DNA from: Candidatus Saccharimonadota bacterium
GTDB lineage: Archaea > Nanobdellota > Nanobdellia > Pacearchaeales > GW2011-AR1
Length of the DNA: 32,000 bases
NCBI GenBank assembly: GCA_041659445.1
Contig: JBAZYG010000001.1
Location: 360,001-392,000 of the forward strand
Direction: 5' to 3'
Shown: piece by piece, positions 1-7,783 of the stretch
How the letters are laid out: every line of letters starts with the position of its first letter
Numbering within the stretch: position 1 is the stretch's first letter
Program-made: the position numbers and the translations under genes
Notes under the pieces: model-generated
Databases searched by the model: none
The model's input: only the letters and a program-made list of their open reading frames with translations
Told to the model about the DNA's origin: nothing

Positions 1-218
1 AAGAAAGATATGATTCTGATAAAGTTGTTTTACCAATTTGTTCTAAGTGCGGTTCTATTGCAATCGACGACAATATTAGAAATAAAAAAATATGCCATCA
101 ATGTGGTTCTGAAGAAGTTGAACCTATTGAAGTATCTTATGCATTCAAACTTTTAGTTGAAGAATTACAAGGATTACATATTAATACTCAATTTAAATTA
201 AAAAACAAATATGAATAA
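1..218 (+). CDS. rpoB: DNA-directed RNA polymerase subunit B, C-terminal end (5' part outside window)
   Basis: Own frame-3 translation gives ...ERYDSDKVVLPICSKCGSIAIDDNIRNKKICHQCGSEEVEPIEVSYAFKLLVEELQGLHINTQFKLKNKYE*, with stop TAA at 216-218. A CxxC...CxxC zinc ribbon followed by SYAFKLL.EEL is typical of the C-terminus of the archaeal/eukaryotic second-largest RNAP subunit. The position upstream of rpoA fits. It is missing from the ORF track because it has no start codon in the window. Confidence 0.85.
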   Translation, partial: ERYDSDKVVLPICSKCGSIAIDDNIRNKKICHQCGSEEVEPIEVSYAFKLLVEELQGLHINTQFKLKNKYE

Positions 219-501
219 AATGAATACAGAACAAGAAACAAAATTAATAGATATGTCTAAAAAGAAATTAGAAGGTATTTTATTAAAGGATTTTATTAAA
301 ATCAGAAATTCACTAGAAGATTTAGATCTTAATTATGGAAACCCTATATTAAATAAAAATCAATTAATAAGAAGCAATCAAAGATATAATAAAAATATAC
401 TTAATTTCAGAGAAGAATATGGTTTAACCTTTACAGAAATACAAGAAAAATATGAAAAATTATTACCAAAAATAAATGAATACCTAGGAGAACAAAACTA
501 A
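211..501 (+). CDS. hypothetical small protein (96 aa; 93 aa if started at ATG 220)
   Basis: ORF track. ATG 220 forms a TAA-A-ATG junction with the rpoB stop (216-218), and ATG 211 overlaps rpoB. There is no recognisable motif. Coding is supported only by the tight coupling on both sides. Confidence 0.5.
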   Translation: MNKMNTEQETKLIDMSKKKLEGILLKDFIKIRNSLEDLDLNYGNPILNKNQLIRSNQRYNKNILNFREEYGLTFTEIQEKYEKLLPKINEYLGEQN

Positions 502-502
502 A

Positions 503-757
503 ATGGTATACAAAGAATTAATAAAATTTGATAATAAAAAAGATTATGAAAAAGCTAGAGAATATTTAAGAGCTTTAATTAAAAATACTGAAGGGTCATG
601 CGTTTTTGATGATGAAAGAGATCATTACGAAAGTGTTAATAAAGAAATGAAAATAAATTTAGACAACAAAAAATTTGCAATTTCTGCAGAATGCAAATAT
701 TTAGATGATCAAAGTTTTTTAGAAAAAAAATTAAATGAATTCAAAAAAACAAAATGA
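503..757 (+). CDS. hypothetical small protein (84 aa)
   Basis: ORF track. The start lies 1 nt after the upstream TAA (499-501), and the stop TGA overlaps the next ATG (ATGA at 754-757). No recognisable domain. Confidence 0.5.
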   Translation: MVYKELIKFDNKKDYEKAREYLRALIKNTEGSCVFDDERDHYESVNKEMKINLDNKKFAISAECKYLDDQSFLEKKLNEFKKTK

Positions 758-996
758 CAAATCAAAGTTATCAAACAATAGAAGCAAATGAAAAAGGTTA
801 TGATGAAATGACTTCTTTTTTAGGGCAAAGCGGGTTTAACTTAGATAGAACTTCTAAAAATAAAAATTATTGGAGAAAGGGTGATTATGTTGTTAAACTT
901 ATATCCTCTAAAAATAAAATTGAACTGATTAATGTTGATGATTTCACAAGAAAAAGTTTAGAATATATAGCACAACAGGAGAAAATAAGAAACTAA
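754..996 (+). CDS. hypothetical small protein (80 aa)
   Basis: ORF track. It has an ATGA overlap upstream and a TAA-A-ATG junction with rpoA downstream (994-1000). No recognisable domain. Confidence 0.5.
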   Translation: MTNQSYQTIEANEKGYDEMTSFLGQSGFNLDRTSKNKNYWRKGDYVVKLISSKNKIELINVDDFTRKSLEYIAQQEKIRN

Positions 997-997
997 A

Positions 998-3900
998 ATG
1001 ACAGAAAAACCAATAAGAAAAAAAATAGGAGTAATAAGATTTTCACTCTTGAGTCCAGAAGATATCAAAAATATTTCTGTTGCAAAAGTTGTTACACCTG
1101 AACTTTATGATATTGATGGTTATCCTGTCGACGGTGGATTAATGGATTTGAGATTAGGAGCAATTGACCCAGGAGTAAGATGTAGAACTTGTGGTGGAAG
1201 AATCAAAGAATGTTTAGGACATCCAGGAAGTATTGATTTAGCTAAACCAGTTATTCATTTAAATTATGTTCCTTTAATTGAAATGTGTTTAAGATCTTTT
1301 TGTAAAGACTGTGGAAAATTAATGATTAATGAAAAAGATTTATCAAAATATTCTCCAAGTATGAGAGTAAAGAAAGCAAAAGATGCTAAAAAATGTCCTT
1401 ATTGTCAAGCTGCACAAGAAAAATTCAGATTAGATAAACCAACTAATTTTTACAAAGGAAAATCAAGAATTTTTCCAACAGAAATAAGAGAAATTTTGGT
1501 TAAAATTCCCGACGAGGAATTGAAAAAAGCAGGAGTTAATGCAAGAACATGTCGACCTGAATGGGCAATTTTAACTTCATTATTAGTTCCGCCTGTTACT
1601 GTAAGACCTTCAATTATTTTAGAAACAGGTGAAAGAAGTGAAGATGATTTAACACACAAACTTTCAGATATTATTCGAGCAAATCAAAGACTTTGGGAAA
1701 ATTTGAATGCAGGTGCACCTGAAGTTATTATCGAGGATTTATGGGATTTATTACAATATCATATTACAACTTTTTTTGATAACACAATTACAAGAGTTCC
1801 TCCAGCAAGACATCGTTCTGGACAACCATTAAAAACAATTACAGAAAGAATCAAGGGTAAAGAAGGAAGAATTAGAAAAAATATTGCAGGTAAAAGAGTA
1901 AATTATTCTGGTAGAACAGTTATTAGTCCAGATCCAAATTTAAAAATAAACGAAGTGGGAATTCCTTATGAAATCGCAAGAATTGTAACTGTTTTAGAAA
2001 ATGTGAATGATTTGAATATTAAAAAATTAAAAGACCTTATTAAAAAAGGAAGCGAATATCCTGGGGCAAATTATGTTATAAGACCTGATGGAAAAAAGAA
2101 AAAAATTACAGATGAATTAAAAGATGAAATAATAAATGAAATTGAACCAGGTTATAAAGTAGAAAGACATTTACAAGACGGGGATGTGGTTTTGTTTAAC
2201 AGACACCCTAGCCTTCACAGAGGAAGCTTAATGGCACACTTTGTAAGAGTATTGCCTGGAAGAACATTCAGAATGCATCCTGCTTCATGTACACCCTACA
2301 ACGCAGATTTTGATGGTGATGAGATGAATATTCACTCTCCACAAAATGAAGAAGCACGAGCAGAAGCAAAAATACTTTTAGATGTTAAAAACAATTTAAT
2401 TTCTCCTAAAAATAATACAAACTTGGTTGGTTGTATTGTTGATTCTATTACTGGAAATTATTTAATTGGATTAAAAGAATTTTCAAGAGAAGAAGCAAAT
2501 CAATTACTTTATAATTCTGGAATAGATAGTCCAATTACGAAAAAAAGCATTTCTGGATTAGAATTATTTTCAAAAATCTTACCAAAAGTTAATTTCTCTA
2601 ATGATTCTATTAAAATTAAAGACGGTGAAATAAAAGAAGGAGTTATTGATAAAACTACTTTTGGAGATGAAGACGGAGAATTGATAAAAGTTTTAGACAG
2701 AGAAGTTGGAAGAGATGAAACTTTTGAAACAATTAGAAAAGCATTTAATTTAGGTAAAAATTATTTATCTGGAAGAGGAATTACTGCTTCTGTCGAGGAT
2801 TTTGATTTAGATGAAGAATTAATTAAAGCGGGTGAAAAAATAATTAAAGAAGCTGAAGAAAAAGTTGAAGAAATTATTAAATCATATGAAGATGAAACAT
2901 TAGAATTAATTCCTGGAAAATCAAGAGAAGAATCTCGGGAAATTGCAATTTTAAGAGTATTGAACGAGGTTAGAACAAAAATCGGTCCAATGGTTAAAAA
3001 AGAATTCCCAAGTGAAAATCCAATAAGTTATATGATGAAATCTGGTGGTGGTGGAAATGTTTTGAATATTACTCAGATGGCTTCTTGCGTCGGTCAACAG
3101 GCAATGGGAAATAAAAGAATTGATTTTGGATATACTGGAAGAACACTTCCTTTTTTCAAGAAAGGAGATTTGTCCCCAAGAGCAAGAGGATTTATTAGAA
3201 GTCCATTTATTAAAGGATTAAGACCAGATGAATTTTTCTTTCAGGCAATAACAGGAAGAGATTCACTTATGGATACTGCATTAAGAACTCCTAAATCAGG
3301 TTATTTATATAGAAGATTGGCAAGTGCATTACAAGATATTAGAGTTGAATACGACGAGACAGTAAGAGATTCTGGAAATAATATAATTCAATTTAAATAT
3401 GGTGACGACGGAATTGATGTTTCAAAATTACACAAAAATGAAAAAGTTTGTCCTGGAGAAGCAATTGGATTAATTGCTGCACAAAGTTTCGGTGAAGCTT
3501 CAACACAGATGGTTTTAAGAACATTCCATATGGCAGGTGTTGCTGAAATGCAGGTAACAACAGGTTTACCGAGATTAATTGAAATTTTTGATGCTCGAAA
3601 AAAACCTTCATCACCAAAAATGGAAATTTATCTTAAAAAAGAATACAATAATGAAAAAGATGCTAAAACTTTTGCAGAAAAAATAAAAGAAGTAACATTA
3701 AAAGAAATTTCTTCTGAAATAAATTTAGATTTCTCAAATAAAAAAATTAAAATTTCAGTTGACAAAGAAGCATTAAGAAAAACTCACATGACAATAACTA
3801 AAGTTGTTGAAAAGTTAAATGAATCTGGATTTAAGGTTAAAGAAAGTGCAGATTCTATTTTAATAAATGCATCTGAAATTGGATTTAAAGAAATTTATCA

Positions 3901-4483
3901 ATTAAAAGAAAAACTTAAGAGAACAATTATTTCTGGAATTAAAGATGTTCAACAAATTTTAATTTCAAAGAAAGGAAACGATTTTTTAATAATCACATTA
4001 GGAACAAACTTAAAAGATGTTACAAAATTAAAAGAAGTAAATGCAGAAAAAACAATTTCAAATGATTTGCATGAAGTTGCTGGAATTTTTGGAGTTGAAG
4101 TTGCAAGACAATTAATTATCAACGAAATAAAAGAAGTTATTGATAATCAAGGTTTAGATATTAATGAAAGACACTTAAAACTCGTCGCTGATTCAATGAC
4201 AAATGTTGGAGAAGTTAAAGGGGTTACAAGAATGGGAATTATTGCACAAAAATCTTCTATTTTAGCGAGGGCAACTTTTGAAACACCAATAAAACAATTT
4301 GTAAATGCTATTGTTAAAGGAAGCGAGGACAAATTATCAAGTGTTATTGAAAATATAATCTTGAATCAACCAGTCCCTGTAGGAACAGGTTTGCCTGGAC
4401 TTTTAGTGAATGTGATTGGTCCTTTAAGTAAAAAAGAAAGTGAAAAAAAAGGAGTAAAATTAGATTCTGCAAATAAGTCATAA
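998..4483 (+). CDS. rpoA: DNA-directed RNA polymerase largest subunit, A' and A'' portions fused in one 1161-aa ORF
   Basis: Contains the zinc motif CRTCGGRIKECLGHPG, the catalytic YNADFDGDEMNIH, and the bridge-helix region FFFQAITGRDSLMDTALRTPKSGYLYRRL. The trigger loop GEASTQMVLRTFHMAGV and an A''-type C-terminus (...NQPVPVGTGLPGL) follow in the same frame with no stop. Confidence 0.95.
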   Translation: MTEKPIRKKIGVIRFSLLSPEDIKNISVAKVVTPELYDIDGYPVDGGLMDLRLGAIDPGVRCRTCGGRIKECLGHPGSIDLAKPVIHLNYVPLIEMCLRSFCKDCGKLMINEKDLSKYSPSMRVKKAKDAKKCPYCQAAQEKFRLDKPTNFYKGKSRIFPTEIREILVKIPDEELKKAGVNARTCRPEWAILTSLLVPPVTVRPSIILETGERSEDDLTHKLSDIIRANQRLWENLNAGAPEVIIEDLWDLLQYHITTFFDNTITRVPPARHRSGQPLKTITERIKGKEGRIRKNIAGKRVNYSGRTVISPDPNLKINEVGIPYEIARIVTVLENVNDLNIKKLKDLIKKGSEYPGANYVIRPDGKKKKITDELKDEIINEIEPGYKVERHLQDGDVVLFNRHPSLHRGSLMAHFVRVLPGRTFRMHPASCTPYNADFDGDEMNIHSPQNEEARAEAKILLDVKNNLISPKNNTNLVGCIVDSITGNYLIGLKEFSREEANQLLYNSGIDSPITKKSISGLELFSKILPKVNFSNDSIKIKDGEIKEGVIDKTTFGDEDGELIKVLDREVGRDETFETIRKAFNLGKNYLSGRGITASVEDFDLDEELIKAGEKIIKEAEEKVEEIIKSYEDETLELIPGKSREESREIAILRVLNEVRTKIGPMVKKEFPSENPISYMMKSGGGGNVLNITQMASCVGQQAMGNKRIDFGYTGRTLPFFKKGDLSPRARGFIRSPFIKGLRPDEFFFQAITGRDSLMDTALRTPKSGYLYRRLASALQDIRVEYDETVRDSGNNIIQFKYGDDGIDVSKLHKNEKVCPGEAIGLIAAQSFGEASTQMVLRTFHMAGVAEMQVTTGLPRLIEIFDARKKPSSPKMEIYLKKEYNNEKDAKTFAEKIKEVTLKEISSEINLDFSNKKIKISVDKEALRKTHMTITKVVEKLNESGFKVKESADSILINASEIGFKEIYQLKEKLKRTIISGIKDVQQILISKKGNDFLIITLGTNLKDVTKLKEVNAEKTISNDLHEVAGIFGVEVARQLIINEIKEVIDNQGLDINERHLKLVADSMTNVGEVKGVTRMGIIAQKSSILARATFETPIKQFVNAIVKGSEDKLSSVIENIILNQPVPVGTGLPGLLVNVIGPLSKKESEKKGVKLDSANKS

Positions 4484-4536
4484 ATTTAATTTCTAGGAAG
4501 ATTTAAAAATGAAAAAAATATTCAATTTCTATACAG

Positions 4537-4953
4537 ATGGTAAATACAATTGATATGCAAGGAATGAGGTACTTGAATTTATTTGAAAAAATTACAAGAG
4601 TTCAAACAAGATATTTTTTTAGATATAATGAAACAATAATGTTTTGTGTTCCTAAATCTTTATTAGGACAAGCATTAGGAAGAAATAATGAAAATCTTAA
4701 AAAAATGAGTGATATCTTAAAAAAAAGAATACGAGTTATTCCAAAACCAAGAGGAATTCAAGATATAAAATTTTTTATCCAGTCTATAATTAACCCTGTA
4801 ACTTTTAAAGATTTGGAAGTTAAAGAAGATGAAATAGTTTTAAATGCAGGTAATGCAAACAAAGCTGCATTAATTGGAAGAAATAAAAGAAGATTTTTGG
4901 AAATGCAAAAAATAATCAAAGATTATTTTGGAAAAGAATTTAAAATTATTTAA
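4537..4953 (+). CDS. nusA: NusA-like KH-domain transcription termination/antitermination factor (archaeal short NusA)
   Basis: 138 aa. N-terminal ...MRYLNLFEKITRVQTRYFF..., then ...LLGQALGRNNENLKKMS... and ...AALIGRNKRRFLEMQKI..., which resemble two KH GxxG-like loops. The position between rpoA and rps12 matches the archaeal cluster. The start could be ATG 4552. Confidence 0.7.
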   Translation: MVNTIDMQGMRYLNLFEKITRVQTRYFFRYNETIMFCVPKSLLGQALGRNNENLKKMSDILKKRIRVIPKPRGIQDIKFFIQSIINPVTFKDLEVKEDEIVLNAGNANKAALIGRNKRRFLEMQKIIKDYFGKEFKII

Positions 4954-4984
4954 TTAATTAAGAAGATATTAATTTAAAACATAA

Positions 4985-5022
4985 CCAAAGTTTTATAAAT
5001 CAAATTTATTAACAATAACTAT
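4985..5022 (+). promoter_or_regulatory. rps12 promoter module (BRE/TATA ccaaagTTTTATAAAT plus conserved downstream ttaacaataactat)
   Basis: The TATA TTTATAAA at 4992-4999 lies 34 nt upstream of ATG 5026. The block is 33/38 identical to 10322-10359 upstream of EF-2. Confidence 0.6.
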
Positions 5023-5025
5023 AAA

Positions 5026-5448
5026 ATGGGATTAAAAACTGCATTAAAAAAGAAAAAAGACAGAAGAAAATTTCAATGGAAAGATAGAGGATTCAAAGTT
5101 AGAACTCTTAATTTATATGCTAAATCAGATCCTTTAGAAGGAGCTAACCAAGCAAAAGGAATTGTAATTTCTAAATTTCAAAAAGAAGCAAAACAGCCAA
5201 ACTCAGCGATGAGAAAATGTTGCAAGGTTCAATTAACAAAAAATGGTAGAACTGTCGGAGTTTTTATTCCTGGAAATTTAGCACAAAAATTCATCGACGA
5301 GCATGATGAAGTTATGATTGAAAGAATTGGTGGAAAAATGGGAAGATCAAAAGGAGACATTCCTGGAATTAGATACAAAATAATTAAAGTAAATGATCAA
5401 CCTTTGCATAGATTATGGAAAGGCAAAATAGAAAAAGGTAGAAGATAA
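5026..5448 (+). CDS. rps12: 30S ribosomal protein S12 (uS12)
   Basis: [28 protein letters not shown]...[35 protein letters not shown] is the uS12 signature. Confidence 0.95.
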   Translation: MGLKTALKKKKDRRKFQWKDRGFKVRTLNLYAKSDPLEGANQAKGIVISKFQKEAKQPNSAMRKCCKVQLTKNGRTVGVFIPGNLAQKFIDEHDEVMIERIGGKMGRSKGDIPGIRYKIIKVNDQPLHRLWKGKIEKGRR

Positions 5449-5449
5449 A

Positions 5450-5689
5450 ATGGCATTAAAAACTTTAAAAGTTGAATTAGAAGATTACACTGAAAAAATT
5501 GCACCTTATTTATTAAAAATAAAAATTAAAGAACCAGAAATAAGTAATAACTCTATTTGCCATTATACTAAATATGGGGCTATATTAACAGAGCCAAACC
5601 ATGAAGAATTATTCATTCAAATTGTTCTTGATGACAAAAGTCCTGCATTGGGAGAATTAGAAAAATTAATAAAAGGAGAGGAAAATTAA
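5450..5689 (+). CDS. hypothetical small protein (79 aa), paralogue of 5691..5966
   Basis: TAA-A-ATG junction with the rps12 stop (5446-5452). It shares an N-terminal pattern (..K.L....E.Y.EKI.PY) and an identical C-terminus ELEKLIKGEEN with the next ORF. Confidence 0.6.
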   Translation: MALKTLKVELEDYTEKIAPYLLKIKIKEPEISNNSICHYTKYGAILTEPNHEELFIQIVLDDKSPALGELEKLIKGEEN

Positions 5690-5696
5690 AATGACA
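5653..5696 (+). repeat. 44-bp exact direct repeat, copy 1 (agaattagaaaaattaataaaaggagaggaaaattaaaatgaca)
   Basis: Character-by-character identity with 5930-5973. It spans the last 11 codons, the stop, 1 nt, and ATGACA of the next gene. Confidence 0.95.
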
Positions 5697-5966
5697 TTTA
5701 AAGTTTTAGAAATAGCCTATGAAAAATATGTTGAGAAAATTCTTCCTTATATAACAGAAAATTATAATAGAGTTAATAATAAACCTGTAAGAGCATATCT
5801 CCCAGGTGCAACAATGCATAGTCTTAAAAAAGGCGTTATTCAAACAAATTTAGATCTTGAAGATATGAAATCTCCTAAAATGAAAATATATATCAACCCT
5901 TTAATAAGAGATAACAAAAAAATAATTGAAGAATTAGAAAAATTAATAAAAGGAGAGGAAAATTAA
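5691..5966 (+). CDS. hypothetical small protein (91 aa), paralogue of 5450..5689
   Basis: TAA-A-ATG junctions on both sides and a shared C-terminal ELEKLIKGEEN. Confidence 0.6.
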   Translation: MTFKVLEIAYEKYVEKILPYITENYNRVNNKPVRAYLPGATMHSLKKGVIQTNLDLEDMKSPKMKIYINPLIRDNKKIIEELEKLIKGEEN

Positions 5967-5973
5967 AATGACA
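5930..5973 (+). repeat. 44-bp exact direct repeat, copy 2
   Basis: Identical to 5653-5696, at an offset of 277 bp. Confidence 0.95.
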
Positions 5974-6309
5974 AAACAAGATTTCGGAAAAGAACGTACA
6001 ATGTCAGCACAGGATCTTAAAAAAAAGATTAAGGAGTTGGAAGAATTTGTTGAAGTAAATGCTCCTCTTTTTGAATTTAGAGTAAACTCTTTTCAAATTA
6101 AAGATGCAAAAGATTATATGACTAATAATTTCGGAAATTTATATGACCTAGCTCAATTATGTTGGTCCTATGATACAGGGTCTAGAATAATTCTTAAAGA
6201 CAATGGAGAAGAGAGAGGATATTTGGGTTATAAATTAAGCATTCATACACAAGGAGAAGTTAATCACACCATTATAGATGGATTAGTGAGAATCTTAACA
6301 AAAAATTAA
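5968..6309 (+). CDS. hypothetical small protein (113 aa)
   Basis: ORF track. TAA-A-ATG junctions with the upstream ORF and with rps7 (6307-6313). No recognisable domain. Confidence 0.55.
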   Translation: MTKQDFGKERTMSAQDLKKKIKELEEFVEVNAPLFEFRVNSFQIKDAKDYMTNNFGNLYDLAQLCWSYDTGSRIILKDNGEERGYLGYKLSIHTQGEVNHTIIDGLVRILTKN

Positions 6310-6310
6310 A

Positions 6311-6913
6311 ATGACGAACTTAAATTTTAAAATATTTGACATGTGGGATATTTCTGAAATTGTTGTTGAAGATTTAGGATTGAAAAATGTAATAAATTTA
6401 CAACCAAAATTAATCTTGAAAAATCAAGGAACAAATGTTGTAAAATTCGGGCAAGCAAAAATTAATGTTGTTGAGAGATTAATAAACAAAATATCCACTG
6501 GCGGACACCGAGGTAAAAAACATAAAATTGAAATTGGACATGCTACTGGAAAATATTCAAAAAATGCAAAAATTGTTATTGAAACTTTAAAAATTATTGA
6601 AAATAGAACTAAAAAAAATCCAGTTCAAGTTTTAGTTAAGGCTATTGAAAATGCTGCGCCAAGAGATGAAGTTACTGTAATTGAGTATGGTGGTGCAAGA
6701 TATCCTCAAGCAGTTGATGTTTCACCATTAAGAAGAATAAATCTTGCATTGAAACATATTGTGCATGGTTCTTCTGATAAGGCATTTGGAAAAAAGAAAA
6801 AACTTTCACAAACTCTTGCTGAAGAAATAATCTTAGCCTCTGAAAATAACGGTGAAAGTTTTTCTGTAAAAAAGAAAAACGAATCTGAAAAACAAGCTGA
6901 CAGTGCACGATAA
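6311..6913 (+). CDS. rps7: 30S ribosomal protein S7 (uS7)
   Basis: ...LVKAIENAAPRDEVTVIEYGGARYPQAVDVSPLRRINLALKHIVHGS... is a typical archaeal uS7 core. The order after rps12 fits. Confidence 0.95.
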   Translation: MTNLNFKIFDMWDISEIVVEDLGLKNVINLQPKLILKNQGTNVVKFGQAKINVVERLINKISTGGHRGKKHKIEIGHATGKYSKNAKIVIETLKIIENRTKKNPVQVLVKAIENAAPRDEVTVIEYGGARYPQAVDVSPLRRINLALKHIVHGSSDKAFGKKKKLSQTLAEEIILASENNGESFSVKKKNESEKQADSAR

Positions 6914-6962
6914 ATATATTCTCTAGAATAGATTTCTTTTTAAACTAAAATTTAATCTTAAA
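6904..6962 (+). repeat. 59-bp perfect direct repeat, copy 1 (last 7 coding nt of rps7 + TAA + whole downstream spacer)
   Basis: tgcacgataaatatattctctagaatagatttctttttaaactaaaatttaatcttaaa is identical to 7774-7832. It contains TTTTTAAA (6937-6944) 29 nt upstream of ATG 6966. Confidence 0.95.
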
Positions 6963-6965
6963 CTT

Positions 6966-7475
6966 ATGGAAATTAGAGAGAATCCAGAATACCTTAAATT
7001 ACAAGAAGAATTTTTTAGAGCAAAAAAAGAATTTAGAAATAGTGAAGCATTTAAAAAATTGGAAATTTCTTATTTTGGGCAACTTAATTCTCAAATTAAA
7101 AAAATTGAAGAAGAAACAAAAAAGAGATTTTTAAATATTCCAGAAATAGGAAACGAAATAACACAAAGCTTAGAAAAATTCAAATTTTTTTATGACCCTT
7201 GTAATATGAGATTTATTGTAAAAGTTAAAGAAATGAAAATTTTGGGAAAGAATTATAATTTAGAATTAATTGCATCAAAATTTCCTATTGAAGAGCAAGA
7301 TTATGATTCTTTAAAAAATGATAAACAATATGCACATGATGTTAAAATGATGGAAAACTATTTATTTGAATTAGAATTGCATCCTTCATCACGTCATTGG
7401 AAGAATGAAAAAATTGAAATGTTTTTGAAAGAAAATCATATTTTTGGTTTTATAGCAGGATATTATAAAGATTAA
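6966..7475 (+). CDS. hypothetical protein (169 aa), inside the repeat-bracketed insert
   Basis: ORF track. The ATG lies 29 nt downstream of a TATA-like TTTTTAAA carried by the repeat. No recognisable domain. Confidence 0.5.
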   Translation: MEIRENPEYLKLQEEFFRAKKEFRNSEAFKKLEISYFGQLNSQIKKIEEETKKRFLNIPEIGNEITQSLEKFKFFYDPCNMRFIVKVKEMKILGKNYNLELIASKFPIEEQDYDSLKNDKQYAHDVKMMENYLFELELHPSSRHWKNEKIEMFLKENHIFGFIAGYYKD

Positions 7476-7783
7476 ATAATAATCAAACTGAACATTATTT
7501 TGCAGAAGAAGCAATATATCTTGGAAGATCAGGTGAAAATCAAACACATAAACTATTTTTTAGAAACCCAATTTTTAAAAAAGATATAAATGGCAATTAT
7601 TGTATTTTAAAAAATGAAAATACGCTTTCAACAATAGTTGAATTTGAGAAATACAATCTTGATAATAGAAATTTTTTAATTTTGAATAACCCAAATGTTT
7701 TAGGATTATCTAACTTAGAAAAAGAACATTTGTTTAAAAAATATCCTGAAAAAGTTGAAGTTCAAACCAATCCTGCACGATAA
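7469..7783 (+). pseudogene. ATG-less 104-codon open frame; possible 3' half of a frameshifted gene continuing 6966..7475
   Basis: Own translation: RLNNNQTEHYFAEEAIYLGRSGENQTHKLFFRNPIFKKDINGNYCILKNENTLSTIVEFEKYNLDNRNFLILNNPNVLGLSNLEKEHLFKKYPEKVEVQTNPAR*. There is no ATG/GTG, and the only TTG is at 7682. The frame opens 7 nt before the stop of 6966..7475, and its last codons and stop lie inside repeat copy 2. Confidence 0.35.

Noticed and set aside
1450-1659. Minus-strand ORFs in the track nested inside well-supported plus-strand genes. These are 1450..1659, 3393..3617, 4147..4332, 6672..6908, 8076..8318, 8407..8607, 17438..17695, 18717..18902, 19577..19777, 20116..20370, 21328..21552, 21347..21532, 24853..25134, 25144..25467, 26984..27217, 27564..27869, 27695..27886, 28162..28353, 29659..29853, 30063..30254 and 30436..30636. 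The plus-strand ORF 31315..31509 inside smc belongs to the same group.
   Set aside because: They are antisense shadow frames of Lys/Glu/Asn-rich AT-rich genes, which automatically give long Phe/Leu/Ile/Ser-rich open frames. None has a promoter, a coupling context or a recognisable motif.
7461-7476. Programmed -1 ribosomal frameshift joining 6966..7475 to the 7469..7783 frame.
   Set aside because: No canonical slippery heptamer (X XXY YYZ) lies in the 7-nt overlap tattataaagattaa, and no obvious downstream stimulatory structure is present. An indel or pseudogenisation is more parsimonious.
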